Below, piece after piece: positions 30,471-39,959 of a DNA stretch of 59,235 nucleotides (the first letter of the stretch is position 1; the number at the start of each line of letters is the position of its first letter). The notes below the pieces were generated by a model. The model made no database searches and was not told the DNA's origin. It saw only the letters and a list, made by a program, of their open reading frames with translations. The translations under genes and the position numbers were made by a program. Source of the stretch: Crocinitomicaceae bacterium (GTDB lineage: Bacteria; Bacteroidota; Bacteroidia; Flavobacteriales_D; Crocinitomicaceae); NCBI GenBank assembly GCA_044341975.1, contig JBIIQP010000001.1:1-59235 (forward strand), written 5' to 3'.

Positions 30471-30654
30471 CTTTTTATTTTTATTTTGTTTTTAAAAATC
30501 ACTGTTCAATAGTCACCCAGATCCGCTTGAAGTGGATTACTATTTTGCTGATATTGTGTGTTTTGACTTTTAGTCGAAGAAACTCAAACTATCCAATTTC
30601 TTTTTTCAAGATCGAATCTTTCAGCAACTATTGAACGATGATTAATAATTCTTT

Positions 30655-32865
30655 CTAATCACAAGACAATCCGAAAGCAGGAGCAAAGATTGTAAAATCG
30701 TTTACATCTGTATCTCCATCCTTATCCAAGTCTGTAGGACACGCTTTTACACCTGAAGTAGAACCAATCACTTGAGAATAAGACCAGTCAGACAACCAGT
30801 TTTGACCTGGTGTTGAAGAGAATGCACCACGGTAAGGAGCAGGCTCAAAGAAACCATCAAGCGGAGGCTGAGGACAGCCCGTGATAGACAGTGCTGGATT
30901 TGGAGTTGCATCATTCTTCGTAACGATGGCATTTGTATTTCCATTGATTGCGAAGGCAAAAGTGAAACCTGGCAATGTGGAAACCACATCATTTTTGTCT
31001 GTTGTTGTAAATTGAGTAAACTCTAAACCGTTTGCAGGACCGGTTGGTGATTGCGTAGACGCTGTAAGGTTGGTTCCCAAGCTTGCGCCTGACGCATTAA
31101 CAGTTAATGGGTTTGTTACTCCCACAAACGTGTTACAAATTACCTTCAAACCTTGTGTTCCATTACCAGAAGTCGCTGAACCCGTTGTTCCCGTAGCATA
31201 CCAGTTGTTCCAAGCTTCACCGACTGGATAAGCACGATTAGAACCAAGTGACTTTTGTAAGTTCAAACCATTACGGAAATTAGAGAATACGGAGTTGTAA
31301 ATTTCACCTTCGGTTAAGTCTTTAGCGTTAATTGCTGCTAAAGCAGAATTGTCACCTCCAACTGTTCCAGTTGTTTTAGAGTTCCCAATGAATGTAGAGT
31401 TATAAATGATTGGATGCGTTCGAGGTAAATTATTTGATCTATTGTCATCTGAATCTGCCTCAATTCCATTGTCATTGTCCGCGCTCACGTTTCCAATACC
31501 TGCTTGATCAGCTTTCATTCCAAAAACAAACTGTGCCTTACCTGTCCAGCCAAGATCGTAATCGAACATGTCGTCGTTACCAAATAGTGTCGTACAATAT
31601 TTTAGATTCACTGTTCCACCGAAAATTTCGATGTTGTCATCCGCACAAGAAACGATCTCAATATGTTCAATTTTAGTACCACGACCAACCGAAGCAAGTG
31701 TAAGACCATTGATCTCAGAACCTACTAAAAGGTTCGCTCCTGAGTGACGGATAGACACATAGGTCATTACACCTGAATTGTCATTGTCATCGAAAGAACC
31801 TGTACTTGTATAGTATGCACCAACATAACTTGCTACGGTTCCACTAGTTCCAGAAGTTGGAGCAGCTCCAGAAGCAGGTGCGACATACGTCATAGAACTA
31901 AAATAACCCGTTGCACCTGGACTTGGATAATCTCCTCCAAAAGTGATTGCGTCACCTGCTGTAACAGCAGCAGTAAGGTTAGCTGAAAGGGTAAGAGTTG
32001 TCGTATAAGGACCAGAACCTGTTTGGGCAATACTTAAAATTGTCGAGCCTGCCGCAACACCTGTTCCAGACACCGTTTGACCCTGAACGACGTAAGCAAG
32101 TGGTGAGGCCGAGCTAGAAAGTGTTAATTTATTCTGTCCGGAAGCATTTGAGCCAGATGCCGCTGCACCCGCTGTCAAACCAAAAGTGTACGAACCTGAA
32201 GGCGAAGTTGAAAGCACCGTACCAACTGGTATGCTCGTAGCCACACCAAACTGGTCTTGAGGATAAGAAGAAGCAAAACCTTCAATTACACCCAAACCAT
32301 CTGCCACAGCCAACTTACCAGCTTGACCAGGCACAAATGGGCCGTTTGCCACGAGAGTTAAATTATTAGTAGCTTTACCTAACAAAAGCACACCGCCCCA
32401 CATACCTTTGTTTGTAACCCCATAGGTTCCACTAAGGTCATCTGCTTGAGCTGTAAAAACGATCGGACAAGACTCAGTTCCCGGAGCCATGATCTTACCA
32501 CCTCTTTCGATGATGAGTGCAGTCGCTGCTGCTAATGATGGTGCAACCGTTCCTTTAATTACAGTTCCCGGTTGAATCGTTAGTGTTGCACCAGATGCTA
32601 CATAAATTTTCTGATCTAATGTCCAAATCTTGTCACATGTTAACGTCAAATTTCCAGTAATTTCACCTCCATAAGCAGACGTTGCAAGGTTAGTCCACAC
32701 ACCATTCGCCTGCGCCAAACTTTGAATCGTTTGCGTAGCTCGTGATGTTGTAGAAGGACAGCCACAAGCTGCACCCAGATTTTGTTGCGCAACAGTTGCG
32801 CTTGTACCTAACACTGTCATTGAAGCCAATGTAAGGAGACTTTTAATTGTCTTTTTTGTTTTCAT
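30655..32865 (-). CDS. Secreted parallel beta-helix-like protein with a C-terminal dockerin-like segment and no T9SS sorting domain
   Basis: 736 aa with a signal peptide (..TSATVAQQ). Beta-helix-type repeats include 'ASGATLTIQPGTVIKG' and 'GTKIEHIEIV...DDNIEIFGGTVNLKYC'. A long Ser/Gly/Thr/Ala-rich insert is present, and the protein ends 'CPTDLDKDGDTDVNDFTIFAPAFGLSCD'. Confidence 0.6.
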   Translation of the reverse strand: MKTKKTIKSLLTLASMTVLGTSATVAQQNLGAACGCPSTTSRATQTIQSLAQANGVWTNLATSAYGGEITGNLTLTCDKIWTLDQKIYVASGATLTIQPGTVIKGTVAPSLAAATALIIERGGKIMAPGTESCPIVFTAQADDLSGTYGVTNKGMWGGVLLLGKATNNLTLVANGPFVPGQAGKLAVADGLGVIEGFASSYPQDQFGVATSIPVGTVLSTSPSGSYTFGLTAGAAASGSNASGQNKLTLSSSASPLAYVVQGQTVSGTGVAAGSTILSIAQTGSGPYTTTLTLSANLTAAVTAGDAITFGGDYPSPGATGYFSSMTYVAPASGAAPTSGTSGTVASYVGAYYTSTGSFDDNDNSGVMTYVSIRHSGANLLVGSEINGLTLASVGRGTKIEHIEIVSCADDNIEIFGGTVNLKYCTTLFGNDDMFDYDLGWTGKAQFVFGMKADQAGIGNVSADNDNGIEADSDDNRSNNLPRTHPIIYNSTFIGNSKTTGTVGGDNSALAAINAKDLTEGEIYNSVFSNFRNGLNLQKSLGSNRAYPVGEAWNNWYATGTTGSATSGNGTQGLKVICNTFVGVTNPLTVNASGASLGTNLTASTQSPTGPANGLEFTQFTTTDKNDVVSTLPGFTFAFAINGNTNAIVTKNDATPNPALSITGCPQPPLDGFFEPAPYRGAFSSTPGQNWLSDWSYSQVIGSTSGVKACPTDLDKDGDTDVNDFTIFAPAFGLSCD
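30658..30747 (-). other. C-terminal dockerin/EF-hand-like segment bracketed by cysteines
   Basis: 'DLDKDGDTDVNDFTIFAPAF' is a D.D.DG.....D Ca-loop followed by a short hydrophobic helix. Confidence 0.45.
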
Positions 32866-32896
32866 AAGATAAAAAATAATTTTCGCGTTTACGATG

Positions 32897-32904
32897 CAAA
32901 GTTA
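32897..32904 (-). promoter_or_regulatory. Candidate -7 promoter box (TAACTTTG on the minus strand)
   Basis: Plus-strand CAAAGTTA is minus-strand TAACTTTG and matches TAnnTTTG. It lies 32 nt upstream of the ATG at 32865. Confidence 0.35.
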
Positions 32905-33035
32905 CGGGGGTAGTTTGCACAATGTATTACGCTTATTTTATCTATCTGATAAACTTTTACTAAGCCAGGGTATTGCTTTTTTTAAGGGAAAATTAAGTTG
33001 TTAAGCCAATGTGAACAACTTCTGGCTAGATTCTC

Positions 33036-33701
33036 TTACAAGTCTCTGGCAATGGCCAATTGAATGCCCGCACTGAACAACCTGCATGCCAAATCACCTT
33101 TTGAAACACTTGTAACCTGCTGCATAGCAAACAGCTGTGCTCTAAGCTTCCAAACCGGATCAAGTTTTACCAACACCCCTGCAGCCAATTGAGCATGCAA
33201 GGTAATAGAACTGGAAGAAGGGTATATTGACATCTTTTGTCGTTCATACGCATTCACCTCTTGATAAACGGCAGTGCTTTTTAAAAGTGTACCTGGAATG
33301 AATGATGGTTGAATGCAGAATTGAAAGCTCTCATTCGTGCGAAAATAAAAATTGGCTCCTACAGGAAACTGAAGGAAATGATAGTTTAAAGCATAGGATA
33401 TAAACCCATTAATAGCCTGTTCGTTGTAACTATAACCTTGCTTGTTATAGGCGATTCCCATGAAAAAAGATCTTTGTTCACTTACACCAAACTCATGGTT
33501 TATTTGGATGCCAAATCCAGCACTTCCTTTTTGCAAACTATCTTGTTCGTTTTTCAACCAATTCAACTCCTCGTTATTTGTTGAAAAAAAGCGGTAGTTA
33601 AAGGCTGGATTGACTGCTATTTCAAAACGTTGCAAGGTGTCCTGTGCAAAAAGTTGCGATCCAGTGATTGCTATAAAAAGTAGAATTAGAATTTTTTTCA
33701 T
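33036..33701 (-). CDS. Small outer-membrane beta-barrel (porin-family/OMP_b-brl-like) protein
   Basis: The ORF track starts at 33719. The ATG at 33701 (MKKILILLFIAITGSQLFAQ) gives a clean signal peptide. Alternating beta-strand pattern, ~220 aa, last gene of the operon. Confidence 0.6.
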   Translation of the reverse strand: MKKILILLFIAITGSQLFAQDTLQRFEIAVNPAFNYRFFSTNNEELNWLKNEQDSLQKGSAGFGIQINHEFGVSEQRSFFMGIAYNKQGYSYNEQAINGFISYALNYHFLQFPVGANFYFRTNESFQFCIQPSFIPGTLLKSTAVYQEVNAYERQKMSIYPSSSSITLHAQLAAGVLVKLDPVWKLRAQLFAMQQVTSVSKGDLACRLFSAGIQLAIARDL

Positions 33702-33705
33702 CTGG

Positions 33706-34419
33706 TTAGTCTTTAACACATCGAATGCTCATGCCATATTGGGCATGGGTATGCTGTCTGAAAATAGTTTTTTTCTTAGAATCAATATAACGGTAATACC
33801 CTTCTTCGCCATTGAGTGTTGATGTCCAGAAGAAAGCTGTGGTGGCATTGATGGAAGAGGTGCCATTGAATACTCTGCATCCTGCTGGTAAAATTCTCAT
33901 TTTGTATTTATCATTTCCAAAAGGCACACTGTTTGTTGGCCATCCTTCCGAATACAATGGCATGAGCAATTCTGCTTCGTTGGTTCCTCGCCATGCCAGT
34001 TTCTCTGTTTCCCCCTTGGCCATGCCAATTGCAAGTTCTAAGGCTTTCCAATCTTCATCCGTTGCCACGTGCCATCCTTCAGGTGCTAGTTGTTTCACGC
34101 TTTGCACTGCTGCCTGATTATATAGACATCCATAAATGGAGTCATTCAGGAAAGTATAACTTGGTAGGGATGCGTTTGCCCAAATCGTATCATTTGCAAA
34201 AATTGGAACGTAATTCAATTCACTTCCATCTGCTAGCCGCTTTGTCTTGAGGTTTTCCGTCATCCACCATTTACCCCCTATTTTTACGGTATTATAGGTA
34301 TTCCCATCTACATCTGTTACAGTTGAAGTTTCTAAAGGCTGTTCCTGTTCCTCTTTTCCGCATGAAGCAATTGAAAAAATAAGGAGCGCCGAAATAGTGA
34401 TAAAACGTAAAGCTTTCAT
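33706..34419 (-). CDS. FISUMP-domain (Fibrobacter succinogenes major paralogous domain) lipoprotein
   Basis: Lipobox 'FSIASC'. The motifs 'VTDVDGNTYNTVKIGGKWWMTENLK', 'APEGWHVATDEDWKALE', 'FFWTST' and the C-terminal 'GMSIRCVKD' are diagnostic of the TIGR02145-type domain. An alternative upstream start lies at 34437. Confidence 0.8.
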   Translation of the reverse strand: MKALRFITISALLIFSIASCGKEEQEQPLETSTVTDVDGNTYNTVKIGGKWWMTENLKTKRLADGSELNYVPIFANDTIWANASLPSYTFLNDSIYGCLYNQAAVQSVKQLAPEGWHVATDEDWKALELAIGMAKGETEKLAWRGTNEAELLMPLYSEGWPTNSVPFGNDKYKMRILPAGCRVFNGTSSINATTAFFWTSTLNGEEGYYRYIDSKKKTIFRQHTHAQYGMSIRCVKD

Positions 34420-34420
34420 A

Positions 34421-35764
34421 TTAATTCGATTTAACAAGGATCATTGTTTCTACTTTCCCCCCAACAGTAACAATCAGGTGATACAAGCCATTTTGTTGGT
34501 TGGAAAATTCCAACACCTCATCAATAACTTTTTCAGTTGCCGATAGATCTTTGCTTATAATCTTCACGCCATATGTGTTTACTATCTCATAATGAATTGG
34601 CTCGTCTGACATTCCAGAAAAAATGTTCAAAGTAAAATCATCATTGGATGGATTCGGAAAAACCTCAAGTTCAAACGACTCTCCCAGAAGAGACGGACAA
34701 ACTTGAGCAATATCTCTTCCGTTGCACAAGCCCGGATAGCAGCACAATCCTTGGACATTGAAATTCGACTGTGGATCAAAGTTACACGCCATAGAATCCA
34801 TGCAACCGTATATTATTGGGGTTATACATGATCCAGCCTCCAAACAACCAACAGTAGGATCGAATTCCAAATAAAGTGGGTCATTACAACCACATTCTAG
34901 TGGATAGATCAAAAAGGGATTATAGGTCTCTCCTGCTAACAAAACACTATCAGAACCAACATAAGTGAATGTCTGTAATTCACCGTTAACCTCTCCTTCT
35001 ATTTCCAGATTTAGATTAAACGACAGCTCTCCTGCGGTTGTTAATTGAGCGATTAATACATGATTACTATCTACAAGCACTCCAACCGTTCCGGTATTTC
35101 TCAATTCAAACTGACGACTATTGAATTCCGTGCCCGAATTGAGGGAACCAAAAATAGTGGTGTCAGCCCCAGTAACAAAATCAGTAACACCAACAGAAAA
35201 CCAAGTAGTTGGAGTATTAACAAGCGTATCCATTCCATCCGCAAGTGTCAATGGGCTGCCACATGAAGGATCTGCATTGGTCAATAGACCTCCTGAAATC
35301 ATTGCGCTTCCTCCGTCATTATTTTCCCCTCCGATAAAAGATCCATCGGTATCATATTCTTTCGGAATTCCAAAAAACGTTTTCCCCCCCTGTGTCTTTG
35401 TCGTCTGCCCAATCGTGAGCCAAGAATCGAGTGCAACGATATTCTCAGAATAACGAGCCTTTACAAAATCCTTCGCGAAGGTTTGTCCATCGGTTGTATG
35501 GTTGTAAAATGTTTCTGTGCTCCGAACAATAAATGGATGATTATCATCACCATATAACTTTTTCAGGCGAAAACCTGGTGCCATATCGACATAAATCCTA
35601 TAAGTGGTAGTGCCAGCAGGCAACGTTCCACCTGTTGTGTCTGTGGCATCATTTGCATCGCTGAGATAATACTTTTCTATGAACACGCGCTCTAATTGCG
35701 CAGATGCCGCTACTCCCGTCAAAACAAAAATTGATGTTAGTATGAAAGCTGTGAAATTCTTCAT
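34421..35764 (-). CDS. T9SS type-A cargo with the paralogous N-terminal module, a Cys-rich linker and a sorting domain
   Basis: 447 aa. The N-module contains 'VFIEKYYLSDA...TTYRIYVDMAPGF...DSWLTIG...GIPKEYDTDGS...AQLTTAGELSFNLN'. The Cys-rich segment is 'CGCNDP...GCMDSMACNFDPQSN...CCYPGLC'. The CTD reads 'LEVFPNPSNDDFTLNI...GLYHLIVTV'. Confidence 0.75.
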   Translation of the reverse strand: MKNFTAFILTSIFVLTGVAASAQLERVFIEKYYLSDANDATDTTGGTLPAGTTTYRIYVDMAPGFRLKKLYGDDNHPFIVRSTETFYNHTTDGQTFAKDFVKARYSENIVALDSWLTIGQTTKTQGGKTFFGIPKEYDTDGSFIGGENNDGGSAMISGGLLTNADPSCGSPLTLADGMDTLVNTPTTWFSVGVTDFVTGADTTIFGSLNSGTEFNSRQFELRNTGTVGVLVDSNHVLIAQLTTAGELSFNLNLEIEGEVNGELQTFTYVGSDSVLLAGETYNPFLIYPLECGCNDPLYLEFDPTVGCLEAGSCITPIIYGCMDSMACNFDPQSNFNVQGLCCYPGLCNGRDIAQVCPSLLGESFELEVFPNPSNDDFTLNIFSGMSDEPIHYEIVNTYGVKIISKDLSATEKVIDEVLEFSNQQNGLYHLIVTVGGKVETMILVKSN

Positions 35765-35768
35765 TTAT

Positions 35769-38700
35769 CTAAAGTTTATAGGCAACCCCCAGTGTGAATA
35801 CTGTCCCGTATCTGAACCGGTCAAAATCCGCATACCCATCGTTAAGTTTGTATTGTCTCAAAACTGGGGCATTGAGTATATCTCGAACTGTAAGACTGGA
35901 GGAGAAATGTTTCCCAAGTGTTTTAGTTACTTTAAAATCTAGGGAGTGCCTTGGCATTTCATAGATGTCCGGGCGACCTTTCAATATCCCTGTGATCACT
36001 AGTCTTGGCCCTTGCACATTGTAACTCACGGTTGCTGTCAAGCCCAAAGAATCAGACTTGTAAGACAACATGCCATTTATAATATAAGGCGCCTGACCAA
36101 ACATCGTTCTTTGTACAGTATCAATTGGTATATATTCAATTTGATTTCCTGGCAGGATAATGAAGTCTTTTCGTACGTATTGAGAATACGATTTTACAAT
36201 CGTGACGTTCGATCTAAATTCCAGGAATTTTCCAATCTGCTTTTTACCTTCCAATTCGACTCCAGCCACATAGGAGTTTTCATTGTTATCCCACGTAATA
36301 CCTGAACTACCAAAGCCCATTTCAATGTGATTCTTAAAGTCTTTGTAGAACAAGCTAAAAGAAATATTATCGTTGCTACGGAAAAAAGACTCTATACGGA
36401 AATCAAAGTTGTTAACCTCTGTCACTTTTAGATTTGGGTTTCCATAGATCAATGTGCGGAATTCATTGTCATAGACAGCAGAGGCGTTCATTTCACGTAT
36501 GTTAGGACGCGCAACAGTCTGGCTGAAATTGAACCTCAAATTCGTAGTAACCTTCTCTTCATTCCCCAACTTCAGAATCACACTTCCTGAAGGCAAAAGA
36601 TCTATTTGATCAATGATGCCTGGATTAATCAGAGGATACCCCGGGATACTTACCCTTCTTCCATCATTGATACCGTATCCCAAAAGGTCGTAAATGTAGA
36701 TATCAGACAATAAACCTGCCTTTTCAACACGAAGCCCTCCATTTATTCTAAGTCTTTTGAAGAACTCGTAATCAATTAAACCGAATCCTGACAAAATACT
36801 GCTATTACCAATCGTTCTGTTCCAGTCCCAGATCTGATCTTTATAGTAATAGCATATTTGTCCGTTAGACATAATGAATTTATCTGAGCCCAAAAAAGCT
36901 GAAATATCATCGTTTTGCAAACCTTGAAAGATAGCATTACCCTGAGCAAGAAAATATTCGTCTTGTTTCGTGGTTCTAGACATGGTTTGAAAAGCGGAAC
37001 CGAATTTGAGTTTTCTAACCAGCTTCTTCTCCGGCTTGATCAAGGGAACCTCAACAGACAAGCGGGTATCCAATAAATTTTCAGTCAAGTATCTGTAATA
37101 GCGCCGTATGCCATCTCCTGCATTTGGAGAAAAAATGTAACTGAGAATTGAATCACCCTCTCTAACGGCATCATACTGGGTTAATTTAAAATCAGGAGCA
37201 ACACTGCTTCCACGGGTATAAGAAGCATTTGCATCGATCTTGATCTTGCTTTTTGGCAAGAGGTGCTGTGATGCCAGCTGATAAATGAGTTGCTTGCGTT
37301 GTTCATAAAAGATATTTTTACGCACAATATATTCCTGCATATATTGTTTATCCCATTGTGAAGAGAAATTAGCCACATCATTGGTTCCAATGTAATTTGG
37401 CATAAACAACAAAGACACTTTATTGTAATCGTTGATCTTGTAAGCCAGATTCGCAAGCATGCTCCAAGAATTGGTTTCTCGGCTGATACGTGCATCGTCA
37501 ATAAATTCAATCGGATAGTTCAACTCTTCTGCTCCTATGCGCTGAGAAACACCATTATCATCGTAACGAATGGAATTGCCATAACGCACACCAAAAATAT
37601 ATCCCAGCGGTTTTCCAAAAAGTTTTACCTGGTCACCAATACTGAAGTTCTGCGTAAAATTCAATGGGGCCTTACGATACCTCACATTCCAATTGTTGGC
37701 AAATCCATTCTCGTAATTAGTTCCTTCGGGATTAATTCGTGCATATGCTTTAGGTGCATAATTCGCATTGTAATTGTTCAAGGCTGTTTGATATGCCACC
37801 GGATCGTTCATTTGGGTTGGATTTAATAAACCAAGTTCCACAAGACCTAAGCGCATGTATGTTTCCTCTTCTGGACTTCCATCAGCCCAACCTGTAACAC
37901 CAATTCCATTGAAATAACTCCCCAACCCAAGCGCCACCATTTCCTGGTAATTCGTTGGTTGGAGTATAGGAGCAGAGATCACTGCCTGGGAATCATCCCT
38001 TGAACGCAACCCGCCATCAAAACCAAGCCAATCGGTAGAGCTTCGTTCAGAAGTAATAAAATCTTTGAATGTACTTTGGGCATTGTATCCGAATTGAGAC
38101 TCTACATTCACCATTAATTTATCTGGATAGTCTTTCGTCTCAACAGAAAGATAAGCACCCGTCCAATCACCTGGTAAATCAGGACTTGCTGTTTTTGTAA
38201 TTACGATATTGTCTACTAAACTTGTTGGAAAAATGTCCAACTTAATATTGTTCGTAAGCGGATCCAATGTCGGAATGCGTGATCCATTCAATGTTGTTTT
38301 TACATATCTATCTCCGATACCTCGAACAGTAATCAACCCTCCACTCGTTGAAACCCCTGAAACCCTTGCTACTGCCGCAGTCACGTTGGCATCCCCTGTT
38401 TTTTTCATTGTTTCAGAGGAAATGTAATCGATTGTAGTTGCAGAGTTGATTTTCAATTTCTCCATGTAATAATCATTGGCCCTTACTTGTTTTACAACAA
38501 CTCTGACCTCTTTGATTTCCCTTACTTTATAGGCCGCCATCGAGAAATCTTTGACCACTACTTCGCCATTCAACAATTGGATGTTTTCGTAAATGGTATC
38601 CATCCCAACATATGCTACCATCAAGACTTTTTTATCGCCTGTCTTGATATTGAGGTTGTAATTTCCGTCAAGGTCACTTTTCGTGCCGGTTGTAGGATCA

Positions 38701-38828
38701 TCTTTTAGAGAAAGTCGGGCACCGATCACAGATTCCCCATTTTCATCTGTCACCTTTCCCCTCAAGACACCTTGAGACAAAACCGATAAGGAAATAAACA
38801 ACCCTATTACAATGAGTAGAATACGCAT
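35769..38828 (-). CDS. TonB-dependent outer-membrane receptor with an N-terminal carboxypeptidase-regulatory-like domain (no adjacent SusD)
   Basis: 1019 aa. The CarbopepD_reg-like segment is 'GVLRGKVTDENGESVIGARLSL...TKSDLDGNYNL'. The plug segment is 'ITVRGIGDRYVKTTLNGSRIPTLDP'. A long beta-barrel ends 'GTVFTLGVAYKL'. Confidence 0.9.
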   Translation of the reverse strand: MRILLIVIGLFISLSVLSQGVLRGKVTDENGESVIGARLSLKDDPTTGTKSDLDGNYNLNIKTGDKKVLMVAYVGMDTIYENIQLLNGEVVVKDFSMAAYKVREIKEVRVVVKQVRANDYYMEKLKINSATTIDYISSETMKKTGDANVTAAVARVSGVSTSGGLITVRGIGDRYVKTTLNGSRIPTLDPLTNNIKLDIFPTSLVDNIVITKTASPDLPGDWTGAYLSVETKDYPDKLMVNVESQFGYNAQSTFKDFITSERSSTDWLGFDGGLRSRDDSQAVISAPILQPTNYQEMVALGLGSYFNGIGVTGWADGSPEEETYMRLGLVELGLLNPTQMNDPVAYQTALNNYNANYAPKAYARINPEGTNYENGFANNWNVRYRKAPLNFTQNFSIGDQVKLFGKPLGYIFGVRYGNSIRYDDNGVSQRIGAEELNYPIEFIDDARISRETNSWSMLANLAYKINDYNKVSLLFMPNYIGTNDVANFSSQWDKQYMQEYIVRKNIFYEQRKQLIYQLASQHLLPKSKIKIDANASYTRGSSVAPDFKLTQYDAVREGDSILSYIFSPNAGDGIRRYYRYLTENLLDTRLSVEVPLIKPEKKLVRKLKFGSAFQTMSRTTKQDEYFLAQGNAIFQGLQNDDISAFLGSDKFIMSNGQICYYYKDQIWDWNRTIGNSSILSGFGLIDYEFFKRLRINGGLRVEKAGLLSDIYIYDLLGYGINDGRRVSIPGYPLINPGIIDQIDLLPSGSVILKLGNEEKVTTNLRFNFSQTVARPNIREMNASAVYDNEFRTLIYGNPNLKVTEVNNFDFRIESFFRSNDNISFSLFYKDFKNHIEMGFGSSGITWDNNENSYVAGVELEGKKQIGKFLEFRSNVTIVKSYSQYVRKDFIILPGNQIEYIPIDTVQRTMFGQAPYIINGMLSYKSDSLGLTATVSYNVQGPRLVITGILKGRPDIYEMPRHSLDFKVTKTLGKHFSSSLTVRDILNAPVLRQYKLNDGYADFDRFRYGTVFTLGVAYKL

Positions 38829-38848
38829 ACCGAATGGTATTAAATAGG

Positions 38849-39952
38849 TTAGTTTTTAATTACCTGGCGAACAATCTGTCGATCACCAATTTTCAGCGTG
38901 ATGAAATAAACTCCCGATTGGTAAGCGGACATATCAAGCGTTTTCGAAAGTTTACCAACACAAACACCCAATTTGTTCTCTTCCAAAATTTGACCGCTTA
39001 AATTAGACACAGTGTATGTGTCTTCATTGTTTGCTGATTTGTAATTGTATATAGTTATGTTTAGTTTGTCATTTGTTGGGTTAGGGTACATCGCAACCTC
39101 TGCATTTTCTGGAAGAAACTCTTCAATTCCCGCAGTAGTGTCTGGTTCAACATACGAAGTGTAGATCAATGAGGAATCTTGAATTTCAGCTCCAACAGGA
39201 TTGCTTGCAACAAAGATCTGACTCTGTCCTGGGGTAGGTGTTCCTATTTGCAGGTTCCATTCAAAACTAAAAATACCATCTGTTGTAAACTGACCTAAAA
39301 GCACCATATTGCTCTCTGTTGCTCCTTGGGCACCGCCGAGCGCAGCAATTGATCCATTGTTCGTTTGAAAAGTATTTCCAGCCGTTTGATCAAAAATATC
39401 CAATTCCGTAGTTATTCCAAGGACGTTTGGAACAATTGGTGTTCCTGGTAACAGTCCATCTTGTGCGCCAACACCAGTGATTGGAATTCCTGCAGTTGCA
39501 TCCGCGTTTGCCAAAATTCCCTGAGTGTTTCCAATAGACCCATCGGTGTCTTCTGTTTTTGGCACGCCCAACAAACCGGAAGCAACCCCTCCAGCTGTAA
39601 AATACGAGTCAATTAACTGCGTGTACTTTTTAGTATTATTCTGGCTCGTACCATTATAATAAGCAACCCCATAATTAGGATCATTGTAAAATGCAGTTGT
39701 CGTGCTTACTTTAAATGGGTGATTTTGATTTCCCAAACTCATAATAAAACTATATCCGGGAAGGAGGTCTGCGTACACTCGATATGTAACAGATCCAACG
39801 TGAAGTGGATAAACCGCTCCGTTTGCATCTGCGTCAGCTGAATCAGCAGCATCAGAGACATAATATTTTTCCACCACAATACCTTCCAAACCATTTTGAG
39901 CCTGCGAATAAAGAGCGAAGAATAAACTTGCTAAAAGCGTAATTTTTTTCAT
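38849..39952 (-). CDS. T9SS type-A cargo consisting of the paralogous N-terminal module plus a sorting domain
   Basis: 367 aa containing 'GIVVEKYYVSDA...VTYRVYADLLPGY...DSYFTAGG...GVPKTEDTDGS...GQFTTDGIFSFEWN'. The CTD reads 'VAMYPNPTNDKLNITI...GVYFITLKI'. Confidence 0.75.
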   Translation of the reverse strand: MKKITLLASLFFALYSQAQNGLEGIVVEKYYVSDAADSADADANGAVYPLHVGSVTYRVYADLLPGYSFIMSLGNQNHPFKVSTTTAFYNDPNYGVAYYNGTSQNNTKKYTQLIDSYFTAGGVASGLLGVPKTEDTDGSIGNTQGILANADATAGIPITGVGAQDGLLPGTPIVPNVLGITTELDIFDQTAGNTFQTNNGSIAALGGAQGATESNMVLLGQFTTDGIFSFEWNLQIGTPTPGQSQIFVASNPVGAEIQDSSLIYTSYVEPDTTAGIEEFLPENAEVAMYPNPTNDKLNITIYNYKSANNEDTYTVSNLSGQILEENKLGVCVGKLSKTLDMSAYQSGVYFITLKIGDRQIVRQVIKN

Positions 39953-39959
39953 ATCGATA

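Noticed and set aside
30655-32865. Considered calling the beta-helix protein another T9SS cargo.
   Set aside because: Its C-terminus lacks the type-A (..YPNP...) and type-B (..FTPNGD...) sorting-domain signatures seen in its neighbours and instead ends in a short Cys-bracketed EF-hand/dockerin-like segment.
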